DNA of 63,368 bases, filler included. It is 7 parts of 7 records of this genome, joined end to end, with 100 filler letters (N's around TTAATTAATTAA, not from the genome) between each part and the next. Parts side by side here need not be neighbours in the genome. Positions count along the whole stretch, not along the records: positions 1 to 12,072 come from SRR31156797_21646; 6 more parts are not named here. The stretch is one strand, 5' to 3'. Both the position numbers and the translations under genes were made by a program. Shown one piece after another: positions 1 through 9,831 of the stretch. Within the stretch, counting starts at the first letter, position 1. Each line of letters begins with the position of its first letter. A model generated the notes under the pieces. It worked only from the letters and a program-made list of their open reading frames with translations, ran no database searches and was not told the origin of the DNA.

Positions 1-28
1 CCACCTCCTCTGGGGGTGGTGGTTTACT
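1..28. mobile_element. Probable IS200/IS605-family terminal hairpin at contig edge
   Basis: CCACCTCC-TCT-GGGGGTGG-TGGTTTACT: GC hairpin followed by GGTTTACT, like IS200 tnpA right ends; sits at the contig start. Confidence 0.5.
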
Positions 29-346
29 TATGAAAAAGGTGATTACAAGGATGGGAGTTACATCTTCAAGGGAAGCATGGATGAATACATGCCTGAGAAT
101 TTTCAAATCTATCTGGATGTGATCCATCATTTTCGCGGACATTCTGAGTTTTTCTCTGCCGTACACATGAAGCATAACTATTTCTTATTCTAAGGCTTCA
201 CTGAATCTTCATTCATACCTCCACCTGCAATTCGGGGACACTCCCATTGTGGTTGCAGACAGGCACAAAGCCCTTATTTCCGGGTTTTAGGTGTGAAGGA
301 GCAGAGCATCCCGGCAGCTCTGTTCCATATGAGAGATGCGGCAACT

Positions 347-705
347 ACGGCGGACGATTATGGTGTAGAGAAAGCCATCCGTCCTTTCATTGCTGGACGT
401 GAACGCTGGTTGCCTTGTATCTCTCCATAGGATCTTCATGCTACAAAAAATTACAATCTGTCAGAAACGGCAGTGTCGAATAACATTGATCCGCCAGATT
501 ACTTTTACCAGACTTTCGAAAGCTCCCTCGGATTGAATCAACAAACCGCAGGGCTCCCGAGAAACTTTTTTCTTGGATGAAAGTTGAACATCAATAAACC
601 CATGCTATCTGCGCTTCTGCTCCTGAATCGACCTCTTCTAAATAGAATCCTCTGATAAATCCGTTTGGTTACCTGTACGGTCAGGTGGCTTGTCTGGGCG
701 CTTCT
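347..705 (+). pseudogene. Degenerate IS66 transposase (TnpC C-terminus) remnant with decayed right IR
   Basis: Frame from 347 reads EKAIRPFIAGRERWL..*..YNLSETAVSNNIDP, like IS66 ERAIRPFVIGRKNWL..YSLIETAKANGLDP; in-frame TAG; GGTGGCTTGTCTGGGCGCTTCT at 684-705 resembles an IS66 end (...GCGCTTAC). Confidence 0.65.
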
Positions 706-845
706 GTATCAGTTCATAGCGCTTGAGTATTCAGTCATTCTTAAAAAAGGCTGAGTCCTTTCCGCGATGACAGAAGATATCAGTATACGTTCTTATTCAC
801 ACCCATATTTTTTTTCTTTACAAATCAAATGGCCTGATATAAAAT

Positions 846-879
846 ATCATAAAAGCGACACGTGTGTCGCTTTTATGAT
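846..879. promoter_or_regulatory. Perfect palindromic operator upstream of tetR
   Basis: ATCATAAAAGCGACAC-GT-GTGTCGCTTTTATGAT, 16-bp perfect arms. Confidence 0.75.
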
Positions 880-902
880 TGATCATTTACAGGAGAATGA
901 TG

Positions 903-1478
903 ATGCCCCCGAAAGGCGACAAAACCAGAAACTTGATACTGGATAAAGCGACGGAATTGTTTATTAAGAAGGGCTACTCAGCAGTCACAATGAAGGATGT
1001 CTGCGAAGCGACTGGCTTGAGTCGAGGTGGTCTGTATCGCCATTTTAATTCGACGTGTGACATGATGGCCTGCCTGCTTTCTGATGAGCAAAAGACAGTA
1101 GATGAGAAGTTTAAGACAGACATTGCCCAAGGGAAATCAGCCCGGGAAATCCTGGATGCCTACATTCAGGCTCATAATCAATTTCTGTTGTCTTCCAAAA
1201 GCGGTCTGGAGATGGCGGCAAATCAGTATGCTCTGTTGGATGAAGTAGGTAAAGAGATCAATACCTCCAGGGTACGGGCAACCGTAAAAAGGCTTACGTA
1301 TATCATTCGGCAAGGGCAGCAGGAAGGTGTTTTTATCGACGGAGATCCGGAAAGCATAGCGTGGCATATTGCATTTTTTATCTGCGGATTTCGTTCGCAA
1401 ACAGTGCTTGATGATCCGGGAGACGAATTCATTCGTGCACAGACGGATTACATCAGAAGATTCCTGTTAAACGAATAG
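903..1478 (+). CDS. TetR/AcrR family transcriptional regulator
   Basis: HTH TRNLILDKATELFIKKGYSAVTMKDVCEATGLSRGGLYRHF; AGGAG at 891-895 favours ATG 897-903 over 879. Confidence 0.92.
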   Translation: MPPKGDKTRNLILDKATELFIKKGYSAVTMKDVCEATGLSRGGLYRHFNSTCDMMACLLSDEQKTVDEKFKTDIAQGKSAREILDAYIQAHNQFLLSSKSGLEMAANQYALLDEVGKEINTSRVRATVKRLTYIIRQGQQEGVFIDGDPESIAWHIAFFICGFRSQTVLDDPGDEFIRAQTDYIRRFLLNE

Positions 1479-1543
1479 CGTTCGTAAAAAAGTTATAGAC
1501 AGATCCATTAGGAATTGAAAATGAAGGAGGTCCAATATCGGTT

Positions 1544-3079
1544 ATGAAATATGATGCTGTTATCATCGGCGCGGGCAATGGCGGGCTGATGGCCGCATGC
1601 CGCGCTTCGCAGATGGGGCTTAAGGTGCTCGTTATCGAAAAGCACAATCTGCCCGGTGGATGCGCTACCAGTTTCAGGCGGGGGCGTTTTGAGTTTGAGG
1701 CTTCACTCCATGAAGTCCCGGATTTTGCCGAGGGCGCGGCCCGTGGAGAACTGGGAAGGCTGTTTGATGAACTGGGCATTGAACTGGAGATGCTGCCCAT
1801 ACCCGATGCCTACCGTATGGTGGTGAAGGGGGAAAAGGGCATCGAAATGGATGCCACGGTTCCTCACGGACGGGAGAAATTCCTTAGCTATATGGAGTCG
1901 AAGTGTCCGGGCAGCACTCCTGCCTTAAAACGTTTGTTCGACGTCGGTGATGAGATTTCAAAAGGACTGGCATACATCGGCAAAAGCCGTGGGAATCCCG
2001 ATCCGGCTGTGTTGAGATCGCAGCACAGCAATTTTCTCCGCCTCTCCGGAGTAACCGTTATGGATGTGTGGAAAGCGATCGAACTCCCCCAGGACTGTAT
2101 CGACATACTAAGCGCATACTGGCCCTACCAGGGCGCTTCTCTGGATACTCTTGACGCTGTCCGGTACATGAAGATGCTGGACGGTTACGTATCGGCCGGT
2201 GCGCACATGCCGAGAAAACGTTCTCATGAGCTTTCGGTAGCCATTGAAAAGCGCGCCCGTCAGGCCGGATGTGATTTCTGGTACGACAGGGAAGTGACGA
2301 AGATCACTACCAGAAACGGACGTGTCTCGGGTGTCCTGACTGCGGACGGGCAGGCTGTAGAGGCAGAAGCCGTCATCTCTAACGTGTTCCCCAATGTGGT
2401 GTACGGCAAGCTGCTGGATAATCCCTCCCTGGTGCCGGAATTCGAATTGAAAAAGGCAAACGCCCGGACCTTCGGAGGCCGCGGATTCACGACTCTGATG
2501 GGATTGGACAAGTCTCCTGAGGAACTGGGGATTAAAGACTACACGGTATTCGTCAGTAAGACCGCCGACAGTTCGTCGATGTACCGGAACGGTTTTTCCC
2601 GCAAGACGAATGATGCCTTTGCGGCAACCTGCCTGAATATCATCAATCCCGATGCCAGTCCCGCAGGTACCACACACTTCGGCATCACCTGCCTGTTCAC
2701 CGATGAGAGTTGGGCGGATATTACCCCGGAGAACTATGGCGCCGAAAAACGCAAGTACGCCCTGCGCCTGATTGAGCAGTATGAAAATACGATGGGGATC
2801 AATATCAGGGACTCCATCGAAGAAATCGTAATCGCCACACCGGTTACCTATGCCCGCTATCTGGGATCGCCTCAGGGCGCCATCTACGGGTATTTCCCGG
2901 ACCGATGGGACGGCATGATGTCCCGGATGTTTGCAGACGGTATGGAGCATTCAGTTCCGGGCCTGAAATTTGTAGGCAGCCATGCCATACGCCTTTCCGG
3001 TTTTCTGCCGACCTATATGTCCGGCGATCTGGTGGCCAAGCAGGTGATGGGCGAGATCGCAGGAGGTGGTAATAAATGA
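1544..3079 (+). CDS. Phytoene desaturase/retinol saturase-like FAD oxidoreductase
   Basis: IGAGNGGL...VIEKHNLPGGCATSFRRGRFEFE; C-terminal TPVTYARYLGSPQGAIYG; RBS AAGGAGG. Confidence 0.85.
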   Translation: MKYDAVIIGAGNGGLMAACRASQMGLKVLVIEKHNLPGGCATSFRRGRFEFEASLHEVPDFAEGAARGELGRLFDELGIELEMLPIPDAYRMVVKGEKGIEMDATVPHGREKFLSYMESKCPGSTPALKRLFDVGDEISKGLAYIGKSRGNPDPAVLRSQHSNFLRLSGVTVMDVWKAIELPQDCIDILSAYWPYQGASLDTLDAVRYMKMLDGYVSAGAHMPRKRSHELSVAIEKRARQAGCDFWYDREVTKITTRNGRVSGVLTADGQAVEAEAVISNVFPNVVYGKLLDNPSLVPEFELKKANARTFGGRGFTTLMGLDKSPEELGIKDYTVFVSKTADSSSMYRNGFSRKTNDAFAATCLNIINPDASPAGTTHFGITCLFTDESWADITPENYGAEKRKYALRLIEQYENTMGINIRDSIEEIVIATPVTYARYLGSPQGAIYGYFPDRWDGMMSRMFADGMEHSVPGLKFVGSHAIRLSGFLPTYMSGDLVAKQVMGEIAGGGNK

Positions 3080-4818
3080 GTAAAGACATTACGGCGTACC
3101 TTGAACGCCTGGATATCGCGAAGTTCGATGCGATCGTCCCCAACCGCAGGCGCATCATCGAGGAGGGACGGGCTGAGATACCCGTCAGCGAGTATAACGT
3201 CAACCGTGTCGCCAAGGCGCTTCACCCCGCGGTCCAGCATCTGGTCATTTCAGAAATCCGTGACCATGCGGGAAACGCAAAGAGCTTTGCATTTAAAGCG
3301 GCGCCGAATACGGAAACAGAGGCCCTGGCCTACTTTCGCGCGGGTCAGTACCTGAGCATTAAGCTGAACATCGGTGAATCCGTGTTGACCCGTCCCTATA
3401 CAATCAGTTCGACCCCCGCCGAGGCTCTGGCGGGAAGCTATACCCTCACCGTCAAGCGTACGGACGACGGCTTCGCAACCAACTTCATGTTTGACAACTG
3501 GCGCGTAGGAACCGTCATTGAAGCCTCCGCGCCTCTGGGGGAGTTCGGGTATGAGCCTCTCCGTGATAAGGCGCACATCGTCGGCCTTGCCGGAGGAAGC
3601 GGGATCACTCCCTTCTACTCTCTTGCCCGGGCAATCGCCGACGGAACTGAGGACGTATCCCTTACCCTGTTGTACGGTAGCAGGACGCAGGATGAGATCC
3701 TGCTCCGGGATGAGCTGAATGCCGTGGCCGATTCATGCGACAAGGTGAGGATTGTCCATGTATTGAGCGACGACCCTGACGCCGCCAATTTCGAGCATGG
3801 TTATTTAACGGCGGAACTAATTAAAAAATATCTGCCAGCGGGGGGCTTTTCCGTGTTTATCTGCGGTCCGCCGGTCATGTATCAGTTCCTGGAAGCGGAG
3901 ATAGGGAAACTGGGGCTGCCCAGGCGCTTTGTGCGCTATGAAGTGTTTGGAGATCACAAGAGTCCCGAGAAAAACTCGGCCTACCCCGGGGAGGCCGTGG
4001 GAAAAACCTTCAACCTGAAAGTGGAAATCCTTGATAAAGAAAGGAATGTTCCGGCTAAAAGCGGAGAAAGCCTCCTCGTTGCGATGGAACGCGCCGGGAT
4101 TGAGACTCCCAGCCTATGCCGAAGCGGAGAATGCGGGTTTTGTCGATCGAGGCTTATGAGCGGCGATTTTTACACCCCGGCCGATATGGATTACAGGCGG
4201 CAGGCCGATGTGGAATACGGTTACATTCATCCCTGCTGCACCTTTCCCGTCGGTGACATGCATATCCGAGTCTGCGTTGACAAAGGTGAGTTTAAACGGA
4301 AGACCATGAAGCAGCGGGTAAACGCAATGCGGACGACTATGACGGTGTCTATGTCGGTGATGATGGGGATCGCTGCCACCCTGCTTGCCCGTCAGGGAAT
4401 GCCGCCTCAGGTTACGGCTCCTCCCCTGATGGTTATGATGGGCAGTAACATCCTGATGTCCCTGATCGTCGGTTTCATCATCTGGCTGACCATACCCGCA
4501 GGGAAGTGGGGGCGTGTGCTGGTCGCCAGGTTGAAGGCCGGTCCCGGCACTCTCAAGGCGAACGCGCTGAGCAGTTTGCCCATATCCCTTGTCAACGGAC
4601 TTATCATCAGCGCCGTGGTCAGCTTTGTAAACGTAAGAGGGAGTCATGCCAGGATACCGGCGGAATCCGCACCGCCCCTGATGGTTATGTGGTCCTCTTC
4701 ATGGATAAAGATGCTGCCTTTCATGATGGTTCTGCCCTTTTTGGTTGCCATGCTTATATCACCATTGATCGCAAGGTGGGTCAAGCTGCCGGGCAGGCCG
4801 CCGAAGCGGAGATCATAA
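3076..4818 (+). CDS. FNR-type FAD/NAD + 2Fe-2S oxidoreductase with C-terminal transmembrane domain
   Basis: RPYTISS, AGGSGITP, ICGPP, CRSGECGFC...HPCC; about 165-aa hydrophobic tail; 4-nt overlap with upstream gene. Confidence 0.85.
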   Translation: MSKDITAYLERLDIAKFDAIVPNRRRIIEEGRAEIPVSEYNVNRVAKALHPAVQHLVISEIRDHAGNAKSFAFKAAPNTETEALAYFRAGQYLSIKLNIGESVLTRPYTISSTPAEALAGSYTLTVKRTDDGFATNFMFDNWRVGTVIEASAPLGEFGYEPLRDKAHIVGLAGGSGITPFYSLARAIADGTEDVSLTLLYGSRTQDEILLRDELNAVADSCDKVRIVHVLSDDPDAANFEHGYLTAELIKKYLPAGGFSVFICGPPVMYQFLEAEIGKLGLPRRFVRYEVFGDHKSPEKNSAYPGEAVGKTFNLKVEILDKERNVPAKSGESLLVAMERAGIETPSLCRSGECGFCRSRLMSGDFYTPADMDYRRQADVEYGYIHPCCTFPVGDMHIRVCVDKGEFKRKTMKQRVNAMRTTMTVSMSVMMGIAATLLARQGMPPQVTAPPLMVMMGSNILMSLIVGFIIWLTIPAGKWGRVLVARLKAGPGTLKANALSSLPISLVNGLIISAVVSFVNVRGSHARIPAESAPPLMVMWSSSWIKMLPFMMVLPFLVAMLISPLIARWVKLPGRPPKRRS

Positions 4819-4846
4819 ATACAATTGTTGAATTAAAAAGGAACGC

Positions 4847-4875
4847 TTCTGCGGCGGCACCAGCTGCCGTAGGAA
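4847..4875 (+). terminator. Stem-loop after the reductase pair
   Basis: TTCTGCGGCGGC-ACCA-GCTGCCGTAGGA. Confidence 0.45.
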
Positions 4876-4946
4876 TCTGTTCATCCCATTGAACCCTTGG
4901 ATCATCAAATCGTACCGAAATCGAATCTATATAGAGGAGAGTCCTT

Positions 4947-6164
4947 ATGTTAGCATCAAATCACTATTTTCCCCCCTTTTCGGAAGCTGAATACAAGAGA
5001 CGCCACAGCATCCTGGCCCAGGAGATGAAGAAGGCGGAGCTCGACTGCCTGGTCGTTTATGGAGCGGTCGTTCTGGGAGGCAACGATGCCGGACAGATCA
5101 ATGCCCAGTATCTATCCAATTATGCCGGGGTCGGCTGTTCCTATGTCGTGTTTCCGGCAGATAAGGACCCGACCCTCCATCTCAGTGTCCCTCTGCACGC
5201 AGAAAATGCCAGGGATATCGGCTATATTCAGGATGTACGCGGCGGCGTCCATCTCGAATTAACCATCTGTCAGCGCTTGAAAGAACTGAAAATAAACAAG
5301 GGCCGCATCGGCGTCGTGGGGCCCAATGTCAAGCACTTCCTGCCCTGTACAATTCCTTATGAACACCATATGTGCCTGAGGAAGACCTTTCCGGATGTCG
5401 AGCTCATCGATGTGAGCGAATGGTACGAAGCCATACGTTCGATTAAGAGCGACGAGGAGATCGCCCTGATGGAAAAGGCGGCGGAGCTGAACGACCTCTG
5501 CCATGAAGAGATGTTCCAGGCCACCCGATCGGGCATGAGCCATGCCGACCTACGGCGGGTCGTCGAAGAAACGACGTTCAAGCATAAGGGCAACTACTGT
5601 ATGATGCACCTCAGCTCATGGCCCAACGGTCAGCCCCACATGCCCTATCCCGATTTCTGGCCCACCGATCGTACCGTCGAGAAAGACCACATGCTGATGT
5701 CTGAAATGCCGGTGGGGTACGGAATGTACTCCACCAAGATCATGGGAACCTATTTCACCGGAGAACCGACACGGGAGTACAGAGATATGTTCGAGCTGGC
5801 CGCCTCGGTTCATAAGCAGGTGATCGGCGAGCTCAAGCCCGGTATGAAGGGAAGCGACGTCGCGCAGTTCATGGGGCCGTTCAGAAAAGCGGGTTTAACC
5901 GCAGCCCACATGGTTTCCGGCTGGAGTAACTATAACTCCCTGCCCTTTGTCGGACAGACGGACCCCAACGCCCTCGGTGGAGAGCTTCAGTCCCATCTGG
6001 ACTATGTGTTCAAGCCGGGGCTCTGTGTCCAGATCATGGCGTACCCCATGATTCCCGGCTTTAAGGGCGGCCTCTGGGTCGGCAGCACCTGCGTCTTCAC
6101 GGAAAACGGCCTGCGTGAGCTGAATAAGTATCCGGTGAGGGAACTGAGGGTCATAAGCGGCTGA
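4947..6164 (+). CDS. M24 (Xaa-Pro peptidase/creatinase) family hydrolase
   Basis: FSEAEYKRR N-terminus; RSIKSDEEIALMEKAA; RBS AGAGGAG. Confidence 0.8.
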   Translation: MLASNHYFPPFSEAEYKRRHSILAQEMKKAELDCLVVYGAVVLGGNDAGQINAQYLSNYAGVGCSYVVFPADKDPTLHLSVPLHAENARDIGYIQDVRGGVHLELTICQRLKELKINKGRIGVVGPNVKHFLPCTIPYEHHMCLRKTFPDVELIDVSEWYEAIRSIKSDEEIALMEKAAELNDLCHEEMFQATRSGMSHADLRRVVEETTFKHKGNYCMMHLSSWPNGQPHMPYPDFWPTDRTVEKDHMLMSEMPVGYGMYSTKIMGTYFTGEPTREYRDMFELAASVHKQVIGELKPGMKGSDVAQFMGPFRKAGLTAAHMVSGWSNYNSLPFVGQTDPNALGGELQSHLDYVFKPGLCVQIMAYPMIPGFKGGLWVGSTCVFTENGLRELNKYPVRELRVISG

Positions 6165-6224
6165 ACGACCATAGGAAAACATCGAAGACCATAACGCGAG
6201 CAACTCAAGGAAAGAGGACGCACA

Positions 6225-7046
6225 ATGAAAAAATGGAAAATCACGTCTTTGCTGTATGGAACCCTGGTTGTTCCAAAAAGCGCGATAACACCCGGCATCG
6301 ATACCGATCTGGTGATGGAAAATCCGTATATCGGATACCTGTTGCAAAACGGAGAAGAGAATATTCTGGTCGATACCGGGATCCATGAAGACAATATCGT
6401 GGACGGCAAGGCCTGGGGCGGCTTCGCCGCAAGGGGCGGCACTCAGTATGTGATTGACGCGCTGGCAAAGGAGGGGCTGAAGCCTTCCGACATCGACAGG
6501 GTCGTCTACACCCATCTCCATAACGACCATGCGGGCGGTGTTCTGCTTTTTAAGGATACCCCCACATACTTCCAGCGGGATGAGTATGCCAATCTTCTGA
6601 ATCAGCTTCCATCGCAGAAGATCAGAAGCGATTACGACAAACGGACACAGGGAGATATTGCACAGCTGAACGACATCTTCATGGTCAATGGCAACCTGAT
6701 TCTGGACAACGGCCTGGAGTTCTATAAAACGCCGGGCCATTCCCTGGGAAGCATGATTGTTGTTGTCCCCACGGAAAAGGGCAGGTATGTGCTGACCGGT
6801 GATATGCCTCACCACGGCTTCTCTCTGTTCCCCATGATGGACAAGATGCAGCAGCTGGATGGCAGTTATATCCATATTACGCCGATGCCGAAGCATATGC
6901 CCTTTATGGTTAACAGCGTTGTTTACGATCATTGGGCGGCATACGACAGCTTCTACCTTATCAAGTCTCTGGCGCAGGAGTTCAAGCCCGAATACATGCT
7001 GACCGGTCATGATCCGTGGGTAATCGTGGAACATAAATTTGGATAG
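6225..7046 (+). CDS. Metallo-beta-lactamase-fold lactonase (AHL-lactonase-like)
   Basis: THLHNDH, TPGHS, LTGD, TGHD motifs. Confidence 0.85.
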   Translation: MKKWKITSLLYGTLVVPKSAITPGIDTDLVMENPYIGYLLQNGEENILVDTGIHEDNIVDGKAWGGFAARGGTQYVIDALAKEGLKPSDIDRVVYTHLHNDHAGGVLLFKDTPTYFQRDEYANLLNQLPSQKIRSDYDKRTQGDIAQLNDIFMVNGNLILDNGLEFYKTPGHSLGSMIVVVPTEKGRYVLTGDMPHHGFSLFPMMDKMQQLDGSYIHITPMPKHMPFMVNSVVYDHWAAYDSFYLIKSLAQEFKPEYMLTGHDPWVIVEHKFG

Positions 7047-7079
7047 AAATCACCCCAATGAACAGGAGGATAATCGAGA

Positions 7080-8780
7080 ATGAAAGGTTCTGAGTATTTT
7101 TCAAAGCTACTAAAGGAAAACGGGACAACCCATGTGTTTTATCAGGACGCGGTGCTCCCTCAGACGATAAAGGATATGAATGACCTTGGTATTGCAACGA
7201 TTATGGCTCATTCGGAAATAGCCGCCGGCTATATGGCGGACGGATATGCGCGTGCGTCCGGAACAGCGGGGCTTTGTATGTCCCAGTCCGTCGGCAGCCT
7301 TAATCTCGCTGCTGGAATACATGATGCGTACCTGGCCACATCGCCGGTAATTGCCCTTACCGGAAGAAAGATACCGGCTCTGCAGTATCGAAACTCATAT
7401 CAGGAGTCCGATCATCAGAAGCATTTTTCCGGAGTTGCAAAGTTCAGCGCCCGGCTGGAAGAGCCGGGGCAGCTGCCCTTGCTCCTCCGTCAATGCTACA
7501 GAGAAGCGAATACCGGAAAACCGAGACCCGTACATCTGGATCTGCTCCATCACATGGGGCTGACCGTAGAACGCGGGGAGATTGAAGAGGAATTCAGAGC
7601 GAATCCTGATTTCGCTTCATACCCCGCGGCCCGTCTTGCCGCAGAACCCGAGATCGTTAGGAGAGCGGCGGCCGCCATCGATAAAGCCTCCCGCCCTCTG
7701 ATTCTGGCCGGACGGGGGGCATTGGTTTCCGGTGCCGGTGAGGTGATCCTGAAGCTGGCGGAGAAGGCCGGTATCCCGATCGCCACAACACCCGACGGCA
7801 AGACGGTCATCGACGAAAACGATCCGATGTGGTGCGGAATCACAGGCCTTTACGGGATGTTCAGCACCAACAACCTGATGGGAGACGCCGATCTCGTCAT
7901 CGTTATCGGAAGTCAGCTTTCCGATCAGACCACTCTCAATTGGACCGCCCCTGATAGCACCACCTCGACTATACAGATTGATATCGCCGCAGAAGAGCTC
8001 GGCAGGAGCTATCCGAACTGCATCGGCCTTCAAGGTGACGCAAGGACGGTCGTCGCCCAGCTTCTCGAAGTCACATCTGAAACTGGGCGTTCGGAATGGA
8101 CGGCTAAAGCGAGAGCTCTGACGGATGAAACCCTTGCCGCCCAGGCTGAGCGTTTTGCGAGCAGTGACGTCCCCATCGATCCCGCGCGTCTGTGCCGTGA
8201 GATCTCAAAGGCGCTGCCGGACGATGCCGTTCTCGTTTCCGATACCGGATGGTCGGCCCATTGGACCACCTCGATGGTACGGATGAAGTCCACCCAAAGG
8301 TATATTCGTGCTGCGGGAACGCTGGGCTGGGCTTATCCCGCCTCTCTCGGTGTGAAATGCGGGGCCTGGGATCGACCTGTGGTCAGTTTTGTTGGGGACG
8401 GTGCCTTTTGGTATTTTTCAAATGAAATGGAAACGGCTCTGCGGTACAATATCCCCACCGTAACCATAGTAAACAATAACTTTGGTCTGGCCCAGGAAAT
8501 TGCCGATACGGACAGATACTATCCGGGTGAATTTGAACGTGGCCGGAAGCAGACGACATACAACGCCACATCCATTTTGTTCAGCAAGGTTGCCGAAGCC
8601 TTCGGAATGCATGCCGTCACAGTGACAGAACCGGATCAGATACGGCCTGCGATTGACGAAGCTCTCGCTCTGGGCAAGCCCGCCTTAGTGGAAGTGATCA
8701 CCGATCAGGAAACAACCGGACCTCTCAAGACATTCGACAAAAAGAAGAACAATCCTTTCAAGGCGAAGGGTGAGCATTAA
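7080..8780 (+). CDS. Thiamine diphosphate-dependent enzyme (acetolactate synthase-like superfamily)
   Basis: HSEIAAGYMADGYAR; GDGAF...NNN ThDP motif. Confidence 0.9.
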   Translation: MKGSEYFSKLLKENGTTHVFYQDAVLPQTIKDMNDLGIATIMAHSEIAAGYMADGYARASGTAGLCMSQSVGSLNLAAGIHDAYLATSPVIALTGRKIPALQYRNSYQESDHQKHFSGVAKFSARLEEPGQLPLLLRQCYREANTGKPRPVHLDLLHHMGLTVERGEIEEEFRANPDFASYPAARLAAEPEIVRRAAAAIDKASRPLILAGRGALVSGAGEVILKLAEKAGIPIATTPDGKTVIDENDPMWCGITGLYGMFSTNNLMGDADLVIVIGSQLSDQTTLNWTAPDSTTSTIQIDIAAEELGRSYPNCIGLQGDARTVVAQLLEVTSETGRSEWTAKARALTDETLAAQAERFASSDVPIDPARLCREISKALPDDAVLVSDTGWSAHWTTSMVRMKSTQRYIRAAGTLGWAYPASLGVKCGAWDRPVVSFVGDGAFWYFSNEMETALRYNIPTVTIVNNNFGLAQEIADTDRYYPGEFERGRKQTTYNATSILFSKVAEAFGMHAVTVTEPDQIRPAIDEALALGKPALVEVITDQETTGPLKTFDKKKNNPFKAKGEH

Positions 8781-8791
8781 TCTTTTCATCT

Positions 8792-8822
8792 GCATCAGGG
8801 AATCATTCTGATTTCCTGATGC
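8792..8822 (+). terminator. Stem-loop after the ThDP gene
   Basis: GCATCAGGGAATCA-TTC-TGATTTCCTGATGC. Confidence 0.6.
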
Positions 8823-9135
8823 GCTCTCTGCTCATCCCAACCTCATCATATTTTGAGCCGGTTAAACCCATTCTACGACATCGTGTAACACAGGGAGATC
8901 TTTTTGTTAAAAACTCGGAGGGATTCGTAGTGGGAAAAAAAAGAATTTGACAATAGCTTATCCAATTGTTTTTTTACGCGCTGCTGAGCTGGCTGCTTCG
9001 GCCGCGACAGTTTTACGCAGCTATTCAGAGTCCTTTTTACCGGTATTTATATCATCCTGACACAACATGGGATGGGGGAGAAGCGGCCTTGAAAAATATA
9101 TTGAATAAATTTTATATAATCTTGGAGGAATCGTT

Positions 9136-9831
9136 TTGAAGCTTAAAGATATGTGTAGCTTTTTCATAGTTGCTTTATTCTTTATTTTTTTCATATTTGA
9201 GGATACCAGGCAAGCCTATGGAGCGGCCTATCATTTTTCACCGGAACTTGTTTCCTTTATAAAGTTCGCCATTCTAGCCACATTCGGTGAGATGGCGGGT
9301 GCAAGAATTAAAACCAGACGCTATCTTCATTCCGGCTTCGGTCTTGTTCCCAAGGCTTTGGTCTGGGGAGTCCTGGGAACGTCCATCTCCCTGGCCTTCA
9401 GGGTTTTTTCCGGCGGAGTAGGGAGCTTCGCAGTCTTTCAGACAGCCAGCAGTATACCGATGACCTTCCTCAGGGCCTTCCTGATCTCACTGATGATGAA
9501 TACTTTCTTTGCTCCGATCATGATGTTGGCCCATAAGATTACCGATCAGCATATCAGTGATGAAAAGGGTGGTTTTTCCTTCAGTCGATTCAATATCGCT
9601 GACATTCTTAAAAGGCTTGACTGGGACCATTACTGGAATTTCCTGATCAAGAGGTCAGTTCCCCTCTTCTGGATCCCGGCGCACACCGTCACATTTCTTC
9701 TGCCCTCGGAGTACCGTACACTCTTTGCGGCCCTGCTATCGATTTTCCTGGGTCTTTTCCTGAGTATAAGTGGCAGCCAAAAAATGAGGTCTGTGAAAAA
9801 AGGTGATATCATAATCGAAAGGAGTGTGTGA
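9136..9831 (+). CDS. Mpv17/PMP22-like integral membrane protein
   Basis: FIKFAILATFGEM; C-terminal PLFWIPAHTVTFLLPSEYRTLFAALLS; GGAGG RBS, TTG start. Confidence 0.7.
   Translation: MKLKDMCSFFIVALFFIFFIFEDTRQAYGAAYHFSPELVSFIKFAILATFGEMAGARIKTRRYLHSGFGLVPKALVWGVLGTSISLAFRVFSGGVGSFAVFQTASSIPMTFLRAFLISLMMNTFFAPIMMLAHKITDQHISDEKGGFSFSRFNIADILKRLDWDHYWNFLIKRSVPLFWIPAHTVTFLLPSEYRTLFAALLSIFLGLFLSISGSQKMRSVKKGDIIIERSV

Noticed and set aside
1544-3079. Carotenoid biosynthesis crtI
   Set aside because: No crtB/crtE nearby; partnered with a reductase instead
8957-9139. Short frame with YHPD resembling a J-domain remnant
   Set aside because: No convincing start or RBS; 4-residue match could be chance
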